From Eledone cirrhosa (Eukaryota), in assembly GCA_964016885.1 (NCBI GenBank), contig OZ024742.1:345588001-345652000 (forward strand): 64,000 nt of DNA, read 5' to 3'. This document shows, piece after piece, positions 50,801-64,000 of the stretch. Both the position numbers and the translations under genes were made by a program. Under the pieces are notes generated by a model. It was not told the DNA's origin, did not search any database, and saw only the letters and a list, made by a program, of their open reading frames with translations. Position 1 is the first letter of the stretch; each line of letters starts with the position of its first letter.

Positions 50801-53800
50801 AGAACTGTTGATGTTATAGAACTGTTGTTGTTGTTATAGAACTGTTGTCGTTGTTATAGAACTGTTGTTGTTGTTATAGAACTGTTGTTGTTGTTGTTGT
50901 TATAGAACTGTTGTTGTTGTTGTTATAGAACTGTTGTTGTTGTTATAGGACTGTTGTTGTTGTTGTTGTCATAGAACTGTTGTTGTTGTTAATAAAACTG
51001 TTGTTGTTATAGAACTTTTATTGTCATAGAACTGTTGTTGTTGTTAATAAAACTGTTTTTGTTATAGAACTGTTGTTGTTATAGAACTGTTGTTGTTATT
51101 GTTATAGAACTGTTGTTGCTGTTATAGAACTATTGTTGTTGTTATAGAACTGTTGTTGTTGTTATAGAACTGTTGTTGTTATAGAACTGTTGTTGTTGTT
51201 ATAGAACTGTTGTTGTTATAGAACTGTTGTTGTTGTCATAGAACTGTTATTGTTGTCTTAGAACTATTGTTGTTGTTATAAAACTACTGTTGTTGTTATA
51301 GAACTGTTGTTGTTGTTATAGAACTGTTGTTGTTATAGAACTGTTGTTGTCATAGAACTGTTGTTGTCGTCATAGAACTGTTGTTTTTGTTATAAAACTG
51401 TTGTTGTTGTTGTTATAAAACTGTTGTTGTTGTCATAGAACTGTTGTTGTTGTTGTTAATAAAACTGTTGTTCTTGTTATAGTACTGTCGTTGTTATAGA
51501 GCTGTTGTTGTTGTTATGGAACTGTTGTTGTTGTTATAGAACTGTTGTTGTTGTCATAGAACTGTTGTTGTTGTTATAGAACTGTTGTTGTTATAGAACT
51601 GTTGTTGTTATAGAACTGTTGATGTCATAGAACTGTTGTTTTCATAGAACTGTTGTTGTTATAGAACTGTTGTTGTCATAGAACTGTTGTTGTTATAGAA
51701 CTGTTTTTGTTATAGAACTTTTGTTGTTGTTATAAAACTGTTGTTGTTGTTGTTATAGAACTGTTGTTGGTTTTATCTAACAGTTACTGTTGTTATAGAA
51801 CTGGTGTTGTTGTTATAGAACTGTTGTTGTTGTTATAGAACTGTTGTTGTTGATATAGAACTGTTGTTGTTATAGAACTGTTGTTGTTATAGAACTGTTG
51901 TTGTCATAGAACTGTTGTTGTTGTAATAGAACTGTTGTTATAGAACTGTTGTTGTTGTTATAGAACTGTTGTTATTATAGAACTGTTGTTGTTACAGAAC
52001 TGTTGTTGTTGTTTTACAATTGTTGTTGTTGTTATAAAACTGTTGTTGTTATATATCTGTTGTTGTTGATATAGAACTGTTGTTGTTATAGCACTGTTGT
52101 TGTTATAGAACTGTTGTTGTCATAGAACTGTTGTTGTTGTTATAGAACTGTTGTTATAGAACTGTTGTTGTTATAGAACTGTTGTTGTTATAGAACTGTT
52201 GTTGTTATAGAACTGTCGTTGCTGTTATAGAACTATTGTTGTTGTCATAGAACTGTTTTTGTTGTTATAGAACTGTTGTTGTTATAGAACTGTTGTTGTT
52301 ACAGCACTGTTGTTGTTATAGAACTGTTGTTGTTGTTATAGAACTGTTGTTGTTGTTATAGAACTGTTGTTGCTGTTATAGAACTGTTGTTGTTGTCATA
52401 GAACTGTTGTTGTTGTCTTAGAACTATTGTTGTTGTTATAAAACTGCTGTTGTTGTTATAGAACTGTTGTTGTTATAGAACGTTTGTTGTTGTTACAGAA
52501 CTGTTGTTGTTGTTTTAGAATTGTTGTTATTGTTATAGAACTGTTGTTGTTGTTGTAGAACTGTTGTTGTAGTTATAGAACTGTTGTTGTTATAGAACTG
52601 TTGTTGTTATAGAACTGTTGTTGTTATAGAACTGTTGTTGTTATAGAACTGTTGTTGTTGTTATAGAACTGTTGTTGTTATAGAACTGTTGTTGCTGTTA
52701 TAGAACTGTTGTTGCTGTTATAGAACTGTTGTTGTTGTTATAGAACTGTTGTTGTTGTTATAGAACTGTTGTTGTTATAGAACTGTTGTTGTTATAGAAC
52801 TGTTGTTGTTATAGAACTGTTGTTGTTGTTATAGAACTGTTGTTGTTATAGAACTGTTGTTGTTTTTATAGAACTGTTGTTGTTGTTATAGAACTGTTGT
52901 TGTTGTTATAGAACTGTTGTTGTTGTAGAACTGTTGTTGTTATAGAACTGTTGTTGTTGTTATAGAACTGTTGTTATTGTTATAGAGCTGTTGTTGTTAT
53001 AGAACTGTTGTTGTTGTTATATAAGTGTTGTTGCTATAGAACAGTTGTTGTTGTTATAGAACTGTTGTTGTTATAGAACTGTTGTTGTTGTTATAGAACT
53101 ATTGTTGTTATAGACCTGTTGTTGTTGTTGTAGAACTGTTGTTGTTGTTATAGAACTGTTGTTGTTGTTATAGAACTGTTGTTGTTATAGAACTGTTGTT
53201 GTTGTTATAGAACTGTTGTTGTTATAGAACTGTTGTTGTTGTTATAGAACTGTTGTTGTTATGGAACTGTTGTTGCTGTTATAGAACTGTTGTTGCTGTT
53301 ATAGAACTGATGTTGTTGTCATAGAACTGTTGTCATTGTTATAGAACTGTTGTTGTTATATATCTGTTGTTGTTTTTATAGAACTGTTGTTGTTGTTATA
53401 GAACTGTTGTTGTTGTCATAGAACTGTTGTTGTTGTTATAGAACTGTTGTTGTTGTTGTTATAGAACTGTTGTTGTTATAGAACTCTTGTTGTTGTCTTA
53501 GAACTATTGTTGTTGTTATAAAACTGTTGTTGTTGTTATAGAACTGTGGTTGGTGTTATAGAACTGTTGTTGTTATATATCTGTTGTTGTTGATATAGAA
53601 CTGTTGTTGTTATAGAACTGTTGTTGTTATAGAACTGTTGTTGTTATAGAACTGTTGTTGTCATAGAACTGTTGTTGTTGTTATAGAACTGTTGTAATAG
53701 AACTGTTGTTGTTGTTATAGAACTGTTGTTGTTATAGAACTGTTGTTGCTGTTATAGAACTATTGTTGTTGTCATAGAACTGTTTTTGTTGTTATAGAAC

Positions 53801-56800
53801 TGTTGTTGTTATAGAACTGTTGTTGTTACAGCACTGTTGTTGTTATAGAACTGTTGTTGCTGTTATAGAACTGTTGTTGTTGTCATAGAACAGTTGTTGT
53901 TGTCTTAGAACTATTGTTGTTGTTATAAAACTGCTGTTGTTGTTGTCTTAGAACTATTGTTGTTGTTATAAAACTGCTGTTGTTGTTATAGAACTGTTTT
54001 TGTTGTAATAGAACTGTTGTTGTTACAGAACTGTTGTTGTTATATAACTGTTGTTGTTATAGAACGTTTGTTGTTATAGAACGTTTGTTGTTGTTACAGA
54101 ACTGTTGTTGTTGTTTTAGAATTGTTGTTGTTGTTATAGAACTGTTGTTGTTGTTGTAGAACTGTTGTTGTTGTTATAGAACTGTTGTTGTTGTTATAGA
54201 ACTGTTGTTGTTATAGAACTGTTGTTGTTGTTATAGAACTGTTGTTGTTATAGAACTGTTGTTGTTATAGAACTGTTGTTGTTGTTATAGAACTGTTGTT
54301 GTCATAGAACTGTTGTTGCTGTTATAGAACTGTTGTTGTTGTTATAGATCTGTTGTTGTTATATATCTGTTGTTGTTGTTGTTATAGAACTGTTGTTGCT
54401 GTTATACAACTGTTGTTGTTGTTATAGAACTGTTGTTGTTTTTATAGAACTGTTGTTGTTGTTATAGAACTGTTGTTGTTGTTATAGAACTGTTGTTGTT
54501 ATAGAACTATTTTTATAGAACTGTTGTTGTTGTTATAGAACTGTTGTTATTGTTATAGAGCTGTTGTTGTTATAGAACTGTTGTTGTTGTTATATAAGTG
54601 TTGTTGTTGTTTTAGAATTGTTGTTGTTGTTATAGAACTGTTGTTGTTGTTGTAGAACTGTTGTTGTAGTTATAGAACTGTTGTTGTTGTTATAGAACTG
54701 TTGTTGTTATAGAACTGTTGTTGTTATAGAACTGTTGTTGTTATAGAACTGTTGTTGTTGTTATAGAACTGTTGTTGTTATAGAACTGTTGTTGCTGTTA
54801 TAGAACTGTTGTTGCTGTTATAGAACTGTTGTTGTTGTTATAGATCTGTTGTTGTTGTTATAGAACTGTTGTTGTTATAGAACTGTTGTTGTTGTTATAG
54901 AACTGTTGTTGTTATAGAACTGTTGTTGTTATAGAACTGTTGTTGTTGCTATAGAACTGTTGTTGTTATAGAACTGTTGTTGTTTTTATAGAACTGTTGT
55001 TGTTGTTATAGAACCGTTGTTGTTGTTATAGAACTGTTGTTGTTGTAGAACTGTTGTTGTTATAGAACTGTTGTTGTTGTTATAGAACTGTTGTTATTGT
55101 TATAGAGCTGTTGTTGTTATAGAACTGTTGTTGTTGTTATATAAGTGTTGTTGCTATAGAACAGTTGTTGTTGTTATAGAACTGTTGTTGTTATAGAACT
55201 GTTGTTGTTGTTATAGAACTATTGTTGTTATAGACCTGTTGTTGTTGTTGTAGAACTGTTGTTGTTGTTATAGAACTGTTGTTGTTGTTATAGAACTGTC
55301 GTTGTTATAGAACTGTTGTTGTTATAGAACTGTTGTTGTTATAGAACTGTTGTTGTTGTTATAGAACTGTTGTTGTTATGGAACTGTTGTTGCTGTTATA
55401 GAACTGTTGTTGCTGTTATAGAACTGATGTTTTTGTCATAGAACTGTTGTCATTGTTATAGAACTGTTGTTGTTATATATCTGTTGTTGTTTTTATAGAA
55501 CTATTGTTGTTGTTATAGAACTGTTGTTGTTGTCATAGAACTGTTGTTGTTGTTATAGAACTGTTGTTGTTGTTGTTGTTATAGAACTGTTGTTGTTATA
55601 GAACTGTTGTTGTTGTTATAGAACTGTTGTTGTTGTCTTAGAACTATTGTTGTTGTTATAAAACTGTTGTTGTTGTTATAGAACTGTTGTTGGTGTTATA
55701 GAACTGTTGTTGTTATATATCTGTTGTTGTTGATATAGAACTGTTGTTGTTATAGATCTGTTGTTGTTATAGAACTGTTGTTGTTATAGAACTGTTGTTC
55801 TCATAGAACTGTTGTTGTTGTTATAGAACTGTTGTTATAGAACTGTTGTTGTTGTTATAGAACTGTTGTTGTTATAGAACTGTTGTTGCTGTTATAGAAC
55901 TATTGTTGTTGTCATAGAACTGTTTTTGTTGTTATAGAACTATTGTTGTTATAGAACTGTTTTTGTTACAGCACTGTTGTTGTTATAGAAGTGTTGTTGC
56001 TGTTATAGAACTGTTGTTGTTGTCATAGAACTGTTGTTGTTGTCTTAGAACTATTGTTGTTGTTATAAAACTGTTGTTGTTGTTATAGAACTGTTGTTGT
56101 TATATATCTGTTGTTGTTGATATAGAACTGTTGTTGTTATAGATCTGTTGTTGTTATAGAACTGTTGTTGTCATAGAACTGTTGTTGTTGTTATAGAACT
56201 GTTGTTATAGAACTGTTGTTGTTGTTATAGAACTGTTGTTGTTATAGAACTGTTGTTGCTGTTATAGAACTATTGTTGTTGTCATAGAACTGTTTTTGTT
56301 GTTATAGAACTGTTGTAGTTATAGAACTGTTGTTGTTACAGCACTGTTGTTGTTATAGAACTGTTGTTGCTGTTATAGAACTGTTGTTGTTGTCATAGAA
56401 CTGTTGTTGTTGTCTTAGAACTATTGTTGTTGTTATAAAACTGCTGTTGTTGTTGTTATAAAACTGCTGTTGTTGTTATAGAACTGTTTTTGTTGTAATA
56501 GAACTGTTGTTGTTACAGAACTGTTGTTGTTATATAACTGTTGTTGTTATAGAACGTTTGTTGTTATAGAACGTTTGTTGTTGTTACAGAACTGTTGTTG
56601 TTGTTTTAGAATTGTTGTTGTTGTTATAGAACTGTTGTTATTGTTGTAGAACTGTTGTTGTTGTTATAGAACTGTTGTTGTTGTTATAAAACTGTTGTTG
56701 TTGTTATAAAACTGTTGTTGTTGTTATAGAACTGTTGTTGTTGTTATAGAACTGTTGTTGTTATAGAACTGTTGTTGTTATATAACTGTTGTTGTTGTTA

Positions 56801-59800
56801 TAGAACTGTTGTTGTTATAGAACTGTTGTTGCTGTTATAGAACTGTTGTTGTTGTTATAGAACTGTTGTTGTTGTTGTTATAGAACTGTTGTTGTTATAG
56901 AACTGTTGTTGTTGTTATAGAACTGTTGTTGTTGTCTTAGAACTATTGTTGTTATAAAACTGTTGTTGTTGTTATAGAACTGTTGTTGGTGTTATAGAAC
57001 TGTTGTTGTTATATATCTGTTGTTGTTGATATAGAACTGTTGTTGTTATAGAACTGTTTTTGTTATAGAACTGTTGTTGTCATAGAACTGTTGTTGCTGT
57101 TATAGAACTATTGTTGTTGTCATAGAACTGTTTTTGTTGTTATAGAACTGTTGTTGTTATAGAACTGTTGTTGTTACAGCACTGTTGTTGTTATAGAACT
57201 CTTGTTGTTGTTATAGAACTGTTGTTGCTGTTATAGAACTGTTGTTGTTGTCATAGAACTGTTGTTGTTGTCTTAGAACTATTGTTGTTGTTATAAAACT
57301 GCTGTTGTTGTTATAGAACTGTTTTTGTTGTTATAGAACTGTTGTTGTTACAGAACTGTTGTTGTTATAGAACTGTTGTTGTTATAGAACGTTTGTTGTT
57401 GTTACAGAACTGTTGTTGTCGTTTTAGAATTGTTGTTGTTGTTATAGAACTGTTGTTGTTGTTATAGAACTGTTGTTGTTGTTATATGACTGTTGTTGTT
57501 GTTATAGAACTGTTGTTGTTGTTATAGAACTGTTGTTATTGTTATAGAGCTGTTGTTGTTATAGAACTATTTTTATAGAACATTTGTTGTTATAGATCTG
57601 TTGTTGTTACAGAACTGTTGTTGGTTTTATCGAAGAGTTGTTGTTGTTATAGAACTGTTGTTGTTGTTATATAAGTGTTGTTGCTATAGAACAGTTGTTG
57701 TTGTTATAGAACTGTTGTTGTTATAGAACTCTTGTTGTTGTTATAGAACTATTGTTGTTATAGAACTGTTGTTGTTGTTGTAGACACTGTTGTTGTTGTT
57801 ATAGAACTGTTGTTGTTGTTATAGAACTGTTGTTGTTGTTATAGAGCTGTTGTTGTTATAGAACTGTTGTTGTTATAGAACTGTTGTTTTTGTTATAGAA
57901 CTGTTGTTGTTATAGAACTGTTGTTGCTGTTATAGAACTGTTGTTGCTGTTATAGAACTGTTGTTGTTGTTATAGAACTGTTGTTGTTATATATCTGTTG
58001 TTGTTGTTGTTATACAACTGTTGCTGTTGTTATAGAACTGTTGTTGTTATTGAACTGTTGTTGTTGTTATAGAACTGTTGTTATAGAACTGTTGTTGTTG
58101 TTATAGAACTGTTGTTGTTATAGAACTGTTGTTGCTGTTATAGAACTATTGTTGTTGTCATAGAACTGTTTTTGTTGTTATAGAACTGTTGTTGTTATAG
58201 AACTGTTGTTGTTACAGCACTGTTGTTGTTATAGAACTGTTGTTGTTGTTATAGAACTGTTGTTGCTGTTATAGAACTATTGTTGTTGTCATAGAACTGT
58301 TGTTGTTGTCTTAGAACTATTGTTGTTGTTATAAAACTGCTGTTGTTGTTATAGAACTGTTTTTGTTGTTATAGAACTGTTGTTGTTATAGAACTGTCGT
58401 TGTTATAGAACGTTTGTTGTTGTTATAGAACTGATGTTTTTGTCATAGAATGTTGTCATTGTTATAGAACTGTTGTTGTTATATATCTGTTGTTGTTTTT
58501 ATAGAACTATTGTTGTTGTTATAGAACTGTTGTTGTTGTCATAGAACTGTTGTTGTTGTTATAGAACTGTTATTGTTGTTGTTATAGAACTGTTGTTGTT
58601 ATAGAACTGTTGTTGTTGTTATAGAACTGTTGTTGTTGTCTTAGAACTATTGTTGTTGTTATAAAACTGTTGTTGTTGTTATAGAACTGTTGTTGGTGTT
58701 ATAGAACTGTTGTTGTTATATATCTGTTGTTGTTGATATAGAACTGTTGTTGTTATAGATCTGTTGTTGTTATAGAACTGTTGTTGTTATAGAACTGTTG
58801 TTGTCATAGAAATGTTGTTGTTGTTATAGAACTGTTGTTATAGAACTGTTGTTGTTGTTATAGAACTATTGTTGTTGTCATAGAACTGTTTTTGTTGTTA
58901 TAGAACTGTTGTTGTTATAGAACTGTTGTTGTTACAGCACTGTTGTTGTTATAGAACTGTTGTTGTTGTTATAGAACTGTTGTTGCTGTTATAGAACTAT
59001 TGTTGTTGTCATAGAACTGTTGTTGTTGTCTTAGAACTATTGTTGTTGTTATAAAACTGCTGTTGTTGTTATAGAACTGTTTTTGTTGTTATAGAACTGT
59101 TGTTGTTATAGAACTGTCGTTGTTATAGAACGTTTGTTGTTGTTACAGAACTGTTGTTGTTGTTTTAGAATTGTTGTTGTTGTTATAGAACTGTTGATGT
59201 TGTTATAGAACTGTTGTTGTTATAGAACTGTTGTTGCTGTTATAGAACTGTTGTTGCTGTTATAGAACTGTTGTTGTTGTTATAGAACTGTTGTTGTTGT
59301 TATAGAACTGTTGTTGTTATAGAACTGTTGTTGTTGTTATAGAACTGTTGTTGTTATAGAACTGTTGTTGTTATAGAACTGTTGTTGTTACAGCACTGTT
59401 GTTGTTATAGAACTGTTGTTGTTGTTATAGAACTGTTGTTGCTGTTATAGAACTATTGTTGTTGTCATAGAACTGTTGTTGTTGTCTTAGAACTATTGTT
59501 GTTGTTATAAAACTGCTGTTGTTGTTATAGAACTGTTTTTGTTGTTATAGAACTGTTGTTGTTATAGAACTGTCGTTGTTATAGAACGTTTGTTGTTGTT
59601 ATAGAACTGTTGTTGTTGTTATAGAACTATTGTTGTTGTCATAGAACTGTTTTTGTTGTTATAGAACTGTTGTTGTTATAGAACTGTTGTTGTTACAGCA
59701 CTGTTGTTGTTATAGAACTGTTGTTGTTGTTATAGAACTGTTGTTGCTGTTATAGAACTATTGTTGTTGACATAGAACTGTTGTTGTTGTCTTAGAACTA

Positions 59801-62800
59801 TTGTTGTTGTTATAAAACTGCTGTTGTTGTTATAGAACTGTTTTTGTTGTTATAGAACTGTTGTTGTTATAGAACTGTCGTTGTTATAGAACGTTTGTTG
59901 TTGTTACAGAACTGTTGTTGTTGTTTTAGAATTGTTGTTGTTGTTATAGAACTGTTGATGTTGTTATAGAACTGTTGTTGTTATAGAACTGTTGTTGCTG
60001 TTATAGAACTGTTGTTGCTGTTATAGAACTGTTGTTGTTATAGAACTGTTGTTGTTGTTATAGAACTGTTGTTGTTATAGAACTGTTGTTGTTGTTATAG
60101 AACTGTTGTTGTTATAGAACTGTTGTTGTTATAGTACTGTTGTTGTTACAGCACTGTTGTTGGTATAGAACTGTTGTTGTTGTTATAGAACTGTTGTTGC
60201 TGTTATATAACTATTGTTGTTGTCATAGAACTGTTGTTGTTGTTATAGAACTGTTGTTGTTATAGAACTGTTGTTGTTACAGCACTGTTGTTGTTATAGA
60301 ACTGTTGTTGTTGTTATAGAACTGTTGTTGCTGTTATAGAACTATTGTTGTTGTCATAGAACTGTTGTTGTTGTTATAGAACTTTTGTTGTTATAGAACT
60401 GTTGTTGTTACAGCACTGTTGTTGTTATAGAACTGTTGTTGTTGTTATAGAACTGTTGTTGTTACATCTCTGTTGTTGTTATAGAACTGTTGTTGTTGTT
60501 ATAGAACTGTTGTTGCTGTTATAGAACTATTGTTGTTGTCATAGAACTGTTTTTGTTGTTATAGAACTGTTGTTGTTATAGAACTGTTGTTGTTACAGCA
60601 CTGTTGTTGTTATAGAACTGTTGTTGTTGTTATAGAACTGTTGTTGCTGTTATAGAACTATTGTCGTTGTCATAGAACTGTTGTTGTTGTCTTAGAACTA
60701 TTGTTGTTGTTATAAAACTGCTGTTGTTGTTATAGAACTGTTTTTGTTGTTATAGAACTGTTGTTGTTATAGAACTGTCGTTGTTATAGAACGTTTGTTG
60801 TTGTTACAGAACTGTTGTTGTTGTTTTAGAATTGTTGTTGTTGTTATAGAACTGTTGATGTTGTTATAGAACTGTTGTTGTTATAGAACTGTTGTTGCTG
60901 TTATAGAACTGTTGTTGCTGTTATAGAACTGTTGTTGTTGTTATAGAACTGTTGTTGTTATAGAACTGTTGTTGTTGTTATAGAACTGTTGTTGTTGTTA
61001 TACAACTGTCGTTGTTATAGAACGTTTGTTGTTGTTACAGAACTGTTGTTGTTGTTTTAGAATTGTTGTTGTTGTTATAGAACTGTTGATGTTGTTATAG
61101 AACTGTTGTTGTTATAGAACTGTTGTTGCTGTTATAGAACTGTTGTTGCTGTTATAGAACTGTTGTTGCTGTTATAGAACTGTTGTTGTTGTTATAGAAC
61201 TGTTGTTGTTGTTATAGAACTGTTTTTGTTGTTATAGAACTGTTGTTGTTATAGAACTGTCGTTGTTATAGAACGTTTGTTGTTGTTACAGAACTGTTGT
61301 TGTTGTTTTAGAATTGTTGTTGTTGTTATAGAACTGTTGATGTTGTTGTAGAACTGTTGTTGTTGTTATAGAACTGTTGTTGTTGTTATAGAACTGTTGT
61401 TGTTATAGAACTGTTGTTGTTGTTATAGAACTGTTGTTGTTATAGAACTGTTGTTGTTATAGAACTGTTGTTGCTGTTATAGAACTGTTGTTGCTGTTAT
61501 AGAACTGTTGTTGTTGTTATAGAACTGTTGTTGTTGTTATAGAACTGTTGTTGTTATAGAACTGTTGTTGTTGTTATAGAACTGTTGTTGTTATAGAACT
61601 GTTGTTGTTGTTATAGAACTGTTGTTGTTATAGAACTGTTGTCGTTTTTATAGAACTGTTGTTGTTGCTATAGAACTGTTGTTGTTGTTATAGAACTGTT
61701 GTTGTTGTAGAACTGTTGTTGTTATAGAACTGTTGTTGTTGTTATAGAACTGTTGTTATTGTTATAGAGCTGTTGTTGTTATAGAACTGTTGTTGTTGTT
61801 ATATAAGTGTTGTTGCTATAGAACAGTTGTTGTTGTTATAGAACTGTTGTTGTTATAGAACTGTTGTTGTTGTTATAGAACTATTGTTGTTATAGACCTG
61901 TTGTTGTTGTTGTAGAACTGTTGTTGTTGTTATAGAACTGTTATTGTTGTTATAGAACTGTTGTTGTTATAGAACTGTTGTTGTTGTTATAGAACTGTTG
62001 TTGTTATAGAACTGTTGTTGTTGTTATAGAACTGTTGTTGTTATGGAACTGTTGTTGCTGTTATAGAACTGTTGTTGCTGCTATAGAACTGATGTTGTTG
62101 TCATAGAACTGTTGTCATTGTTATAGAACTGTTGTTGTTATATATCTGTTGTTATTTTTATAGAACTGTTGTTGTTGTTATAAAACTGTTGTTGTTGTTA
62201 TAGAACTGTTGTTGTTGTTATAGAACTGTTGTTGTTATAGAACTGTTGTTGTTATAGAACTGTTGTTGTTATATAACTGTTGTTGTTGTTATAGAACTGT
62301 TGTTGTTGTTATAGAACTGTTGTTGTTGCTGTTATAGAACTGTTGTTGTTATAGAACTGTTGTTGTTATAGAACTGTTGTTGTTGTTATAGAACTTTTGT
62401 TGTTGTCTTAGAACTATTGTTGTTGTTATAAAACTGTTGTTGTTGTTATAGAACTGTTGTTGGTGTTATAGAACTGTTGTTGTTATATATCTGTTGTTGT
62501 TGATATAGAACTGTTGTTATACAACTGTTGTTGTTATAGAACTGTTGTTGTTATAGAACTGTTGTTGTCATAGAACTGTTGTTGTTGTTATAGAACTGTT
62601 GTTATAGAACTGTTGTTGTTGTTATAGAACTGTTGTTGTTATAGAACTGTTGTTGCTGTTATAGAACTATTGTTGTTGTCATAGAACTGTTTTTGTTGTT
62701 ATAGAACTGTTGTTGTTATAGAACTGTTGTTGTTACAGCACTGTTGTTGTTATAGAACTGTTGTTGTTGTTATAGAACTGTTGTTGCTGTTATAGAACTG

Positions 62801-64000
62801 TTGTTGTTGTCATAGAACTGTTGTTGTTGTCTTAGAACTATTGTTGTTGTTATAAAACTGCTGTTGTTGTTGTCTTAGAACTATTGTTGTTGTTATAAAA
62901 CTGCTGTTGTTGTTATAGAACTGTTTTTGTTATTATAGAACTGTTGTTGTTACAGAACTGTTGTTGTTATATAACTGTTGTTGTTATAGAACGTTTGTTG
63001 TTGTTACAGAACTGTTGTTGTTGTTTTAGAATTGTTGTTGTTGTTATAGAACTGTTGTTGTTGTTGTAGAACTGTTGTTGTTATAGAACTGTTGTTGTTG
63101 TTATAGAACTGTTGTTGTTATAGAACTGTTGTTGTTATAGAACTGTTGTTGTTGTTATAGAACTGTTGTTGTCATAGAACTGTTGTTGCTGTTATAGAAC
63201 TGTTGTTGCTGTTATAGAACTGTTGTTGTTATAGAACTGTTGTTGTTATATATCTGTTGTTGTTGTTGTTATAGAACTGTTGTTGCTGTTATACAACTGT
63301 TGTTGTTGTTATAGAACTGTTGTTGTATTTATAGAACTGTTGTTGTTGTTATAGAACTGTTGTTGTTGTTATAGAACTGTTGTTGTTATAGAACTATTTT
63401 TATAGAACTGTTGTTGTTGTTATAGAACTGTTGTTATTGTTATAGAGCTGTAGTTGTTATAGAACTGTTGTTGTTGTTATATAAGTGTTGTTGCTATAGA
63501 ACAGTTGTTGTTGTTATAGAACTGTTGTTGTTATAGAACTGTTGTTGTTGTTATAGAACTATTGTTGTTATAGACCTGTTGTTGTTGTTGTAGAACTGTT
63601 GTTGTTGTTATAGAACTGTTTTTGTTGTTATAGAACTATTGTTGTTATAGAACTGTTGTTGTTGTTATAGAACTGTTGTTGTTATATAACTGTTGTTGTT
63701 ATAGAACTGTTGTTGTTGTTATAGAACTGTTGTTGTTATGGAACTGTTGTTGCTGTTATAGAACTGTTGTTGTTGTTATAGAACTGTTGTTGTTGTTGTT
63801 ATAGAACTGTTGTTGTTATAGAATTTTTGTTGTTATAGAACTGTTGTTGTTGTTATAGAACTGTTGTTGTTGTCTTAGAACTATTGTTGTTGTTATAAAA
63901 CTGTTGTTGTTGTTATAGAACTGTTGTTGGTGTTATAGAACTGTTGTTGTTATATATCTGTTGTTGTTGATATAGAACTGTTGTTATAGAACTGTTGTTG
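44898..64000. repeat. Large satellite, unit ATAGAACT(GTT)2-6 (mostly 17/20 bp), runs off the window
   Basis: Direct reading. Diagnostic variants recur at about 1.67-1.69 kb spacing between 45.6 and 49 kb. Confidence 0.98.

Overview
AT-rich, microsatellite-saturated eukaryotic DNA. The SINE/RTE repertoire suggests an octopus-type cephalopod; this is an inference. Only one host coding exon is supportable: the first coding exon (TM1-TM3) of a class A neuropeptide-type GPCR on the minus strand (43573-43203). I found no following exon, so most of 1-43202 is probably one giant intron. From about 44.9 kb to the window end lies a >19 kb (GTT)n-ATAGAACT satellite with kb-scale higher-order repeats. 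The intron-like region holds three decayed Penelope-like retroelements (RT + C-terminal GIY-YIG, Naiad-like), an RTE LINE 3' fragment, tRNA-type SINEs, a non-autonomous Helitron and many short (TA)n-flanked fold-back elements. Main result: by hand-folding I find about 19 type I hammerhead ribozyme (HHR) motifs from about 10 sequence families between 17 and 41 kb. They include a near-perfect 310-bp tandem array with one HHR per unit (retrozyme-like), palindromic elements with an HHR on both strands, a recurring non-canonical U.U pair at the base of stem II, and a shared 3'-terminal GAGYRCTC-like motif. All folds were done by eye and none is experimentally tested. Almost all long ORFs in the supplied track are microsatellite artefacts.
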